Source: Octopus bimaculoides
Taxonomy: Eukaryota
Length of the DNA stretch: 64,000 nt
Assembly (NCBI RefSeq): GCF_001194135.2
Contig: NC_068987.1
Span: forward strand, 12,903,096 to 12,967,095
Reading direction: 5' to 3'
Shown here: positions 62,431-64,000 of the stretch, piece by piece
Position numbering within the stretch: position 1 is the first letter of the stretch
How the letters are laid out: every line of letters starts with the position of its first letter
Made by a program: the position numbers and the translations under genes
The notes under the pieces: generated by a model
What the model was told of the DNA's origin: nothing
Seen by the model: the letters and a program-made list of their open reading frames with translations, nothing else
The model's database searches: none

Positions 62431-62612
62431 AGGCGACGTCGCAGGTGCCAAGCTGTATCGGCCCCTTTGCCATCCCCTGGTGGCGTGGAGAGGGGAGGCC
62501 GATATGCATGGGCGATTGCTGGTCTTCCATAAACAACCTTGCCCGGACTTGTGCCTTGGAGGGTAACTTTCTAGGTGAAATCCCATGGTCAGTCATGACC
62601 GAAGAGGGTCTC
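62431..62612 (+). mobile_element. Unclassified GC-richer retroelement 3' segment abutting the A dimer
   Basis: Abrupt switch after GAGG to CGACGTCGCAGG..GGTCTTCCATAAACAACCTTGCCCGGAC; ends at a TA/CA tract. Confidence 0.4.
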
Positions 62613-62782
62613 AGTATACACATACATATATGATATATATGTATATATACACATTCATACATACTTATACATATAAAATAGATATAGCTAGTTAACTTGC
62701 ATGATAGATAGATAGATAGATGCATACTTACATATTTACACACACACACACACACACAGACATATATATACATATATGTCTG

Positions 62783-62825
<43 letters not shown>

Positions 62826-62831
<6 letters not shown>

Positions 62832-63030
62832 CAAAAACACAATAACAAAAAAACAAAAAAACAACAAAGTGAGGACGTGATACGGATAGTATTATTGGAC
62901 GCTCAGGAAAGGAAAGAGAGAGTGTATGACGTTTCGGGCGTAGCCCTTCGTCGGAAAGATGGAAAGTTCGGAGAATGGAAGAACGGAGAAAGAGGAAAAT
63001 GGTACCGATGCCCACGAGGTTACATGATGA
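62826..63030 (-). mobile_element. Penelope-like-derived short element with hammerhead-like motif, flanked by (TA)n
   Basis: Minus strand CCGACGA-A-GGGC(TAC)GCCC-GAAA-CGTC at 62954-62928. Its 3' part recurs near-identically at 43706-43795. Shares TTCC(C/T)GAGCGT..TAATAC with the 15830-16000 element. Confidence 0.55.
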
Positions 63031-63033
63031 AAC

Positions 63034-63094
<61 letters not shown>

Positions 63095-63461
63095 TATATA
63101 TGCACACACACACATACACACATATGACCATGCATACGTAAGTATATACATTCACACATATATAGGTATATATATACATACATACATTCATGCATAACAC
63201 GCACGTCAATGTGGACGTGTTTATATATTAGTACGCACCTATATGGACGCACACGTACACATATTGCACGATTTTGGCAGCGATTTTGTAAGAGGTAGAT
63301 TTAAAGAGTCGGCCGTATAGCTATGAATGTATTTTATGTTAAATCTCACTAAAATTAATTATTTTCCTAATTCTTGAGCTAATTCCAAAAATAAGACTTC
63401 CTAGGTCATATTTTATCCAATATTTCCACTTATTACTGAAGTTTATTAAGCAGTATGTAAA

Positions 63462-63690
63462 AGGCGACGAGCTGGCAGAAACGTTAGCACGCCGGACGAA
63501 ATGTTTAGCGGTATTTCGTTTGTCGTTACGTTCTGAGTTCAAATTCCGCCAAGGTCGAATTTGCCTTTCCTCCTTTCGGGGTCGATAACTTAAGTAGCAG
63601 TTACGCACTGTGGTCGACTTAATCCTTTTGTCTGTCCTTGTTTGTCCCCTCTGTGTTTATCCCCCTGTGGGCAATAAAGAAATAAGAAGT
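63462..63690 (+). mobile_element. SINE A (tail 2)
   Basis: Ends GCAATAAAGAAATAAGAA. Confidence 0.9.
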
Positions 63691-63742
63691 ATGTAAAATG
63701 TATACTTCGAATAAGGAATAGTTTTTGTGTGGCAGTGTGTGC

Positions 63743-63777
<35 letters not shown>

Positions 63778-64000
63778 TATATATGTGTGTGTATGTATAT
63801 ATATATATTCATATATATATATATATATATATATCTTATACATAAATGGCAATTTCTGTCTGTCGACCTGTCTGTTTTCATCTTGACGCCTACACGGGGG
63901 CGGCGGCGGCGGTGGTGGTGGTGGTGGTGGTGGTAGTAGTAGTAGTAGTTTCTCATATATTGGTAGAATGCCAGAAATACGGAAGTGGTCAATGATATCG

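Overview
Eukaryotic, AT-rich, repeat-dominated draft-assembly scaffold, with about 7.3 kb of N in 20 gaps that mostly abut microsatellites. The SINE families match my recollection of octopus SINEs, so an Octopus/cephalopod origin is inferred, not proven. There are no prokaryotic features, CRISPR arrays, rRNA or true tRNA genes, and almost all ORFs in the supplied track are microsatellite or N-gap artefacts. The window contains: (1) about 50 copies or fragments of four tRNA-headed SINE families (labelled A, B, C, E here) that swap 3' modules; (2) decayed non-LTR retrotransposons (three R4/Dong-clade 3' ends, RTE, CR1/L2-group, an L1/Tx1-like 5' end); (3) decayed Tc1/mariner transposases (two DD37D, one DD34D) and MITEs, one with an inverted TTAGGG core and an 8-bp TSD; (4) one good candidate host coding exon at 50240-50634 (-), product unknown. 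The most notable result is a set of about nine minimal type I hammerhead-ribozyme motifs of the Penelope-like/retrozyme kind. One is nearly intact (59958-60008, +) and one carries the compensatory U3-A8 core (11331-11378, -). Several sit in microsatellite-flanked short elements or next to fold-back palindromes. All structures were read by eye; no folding or database search was run.
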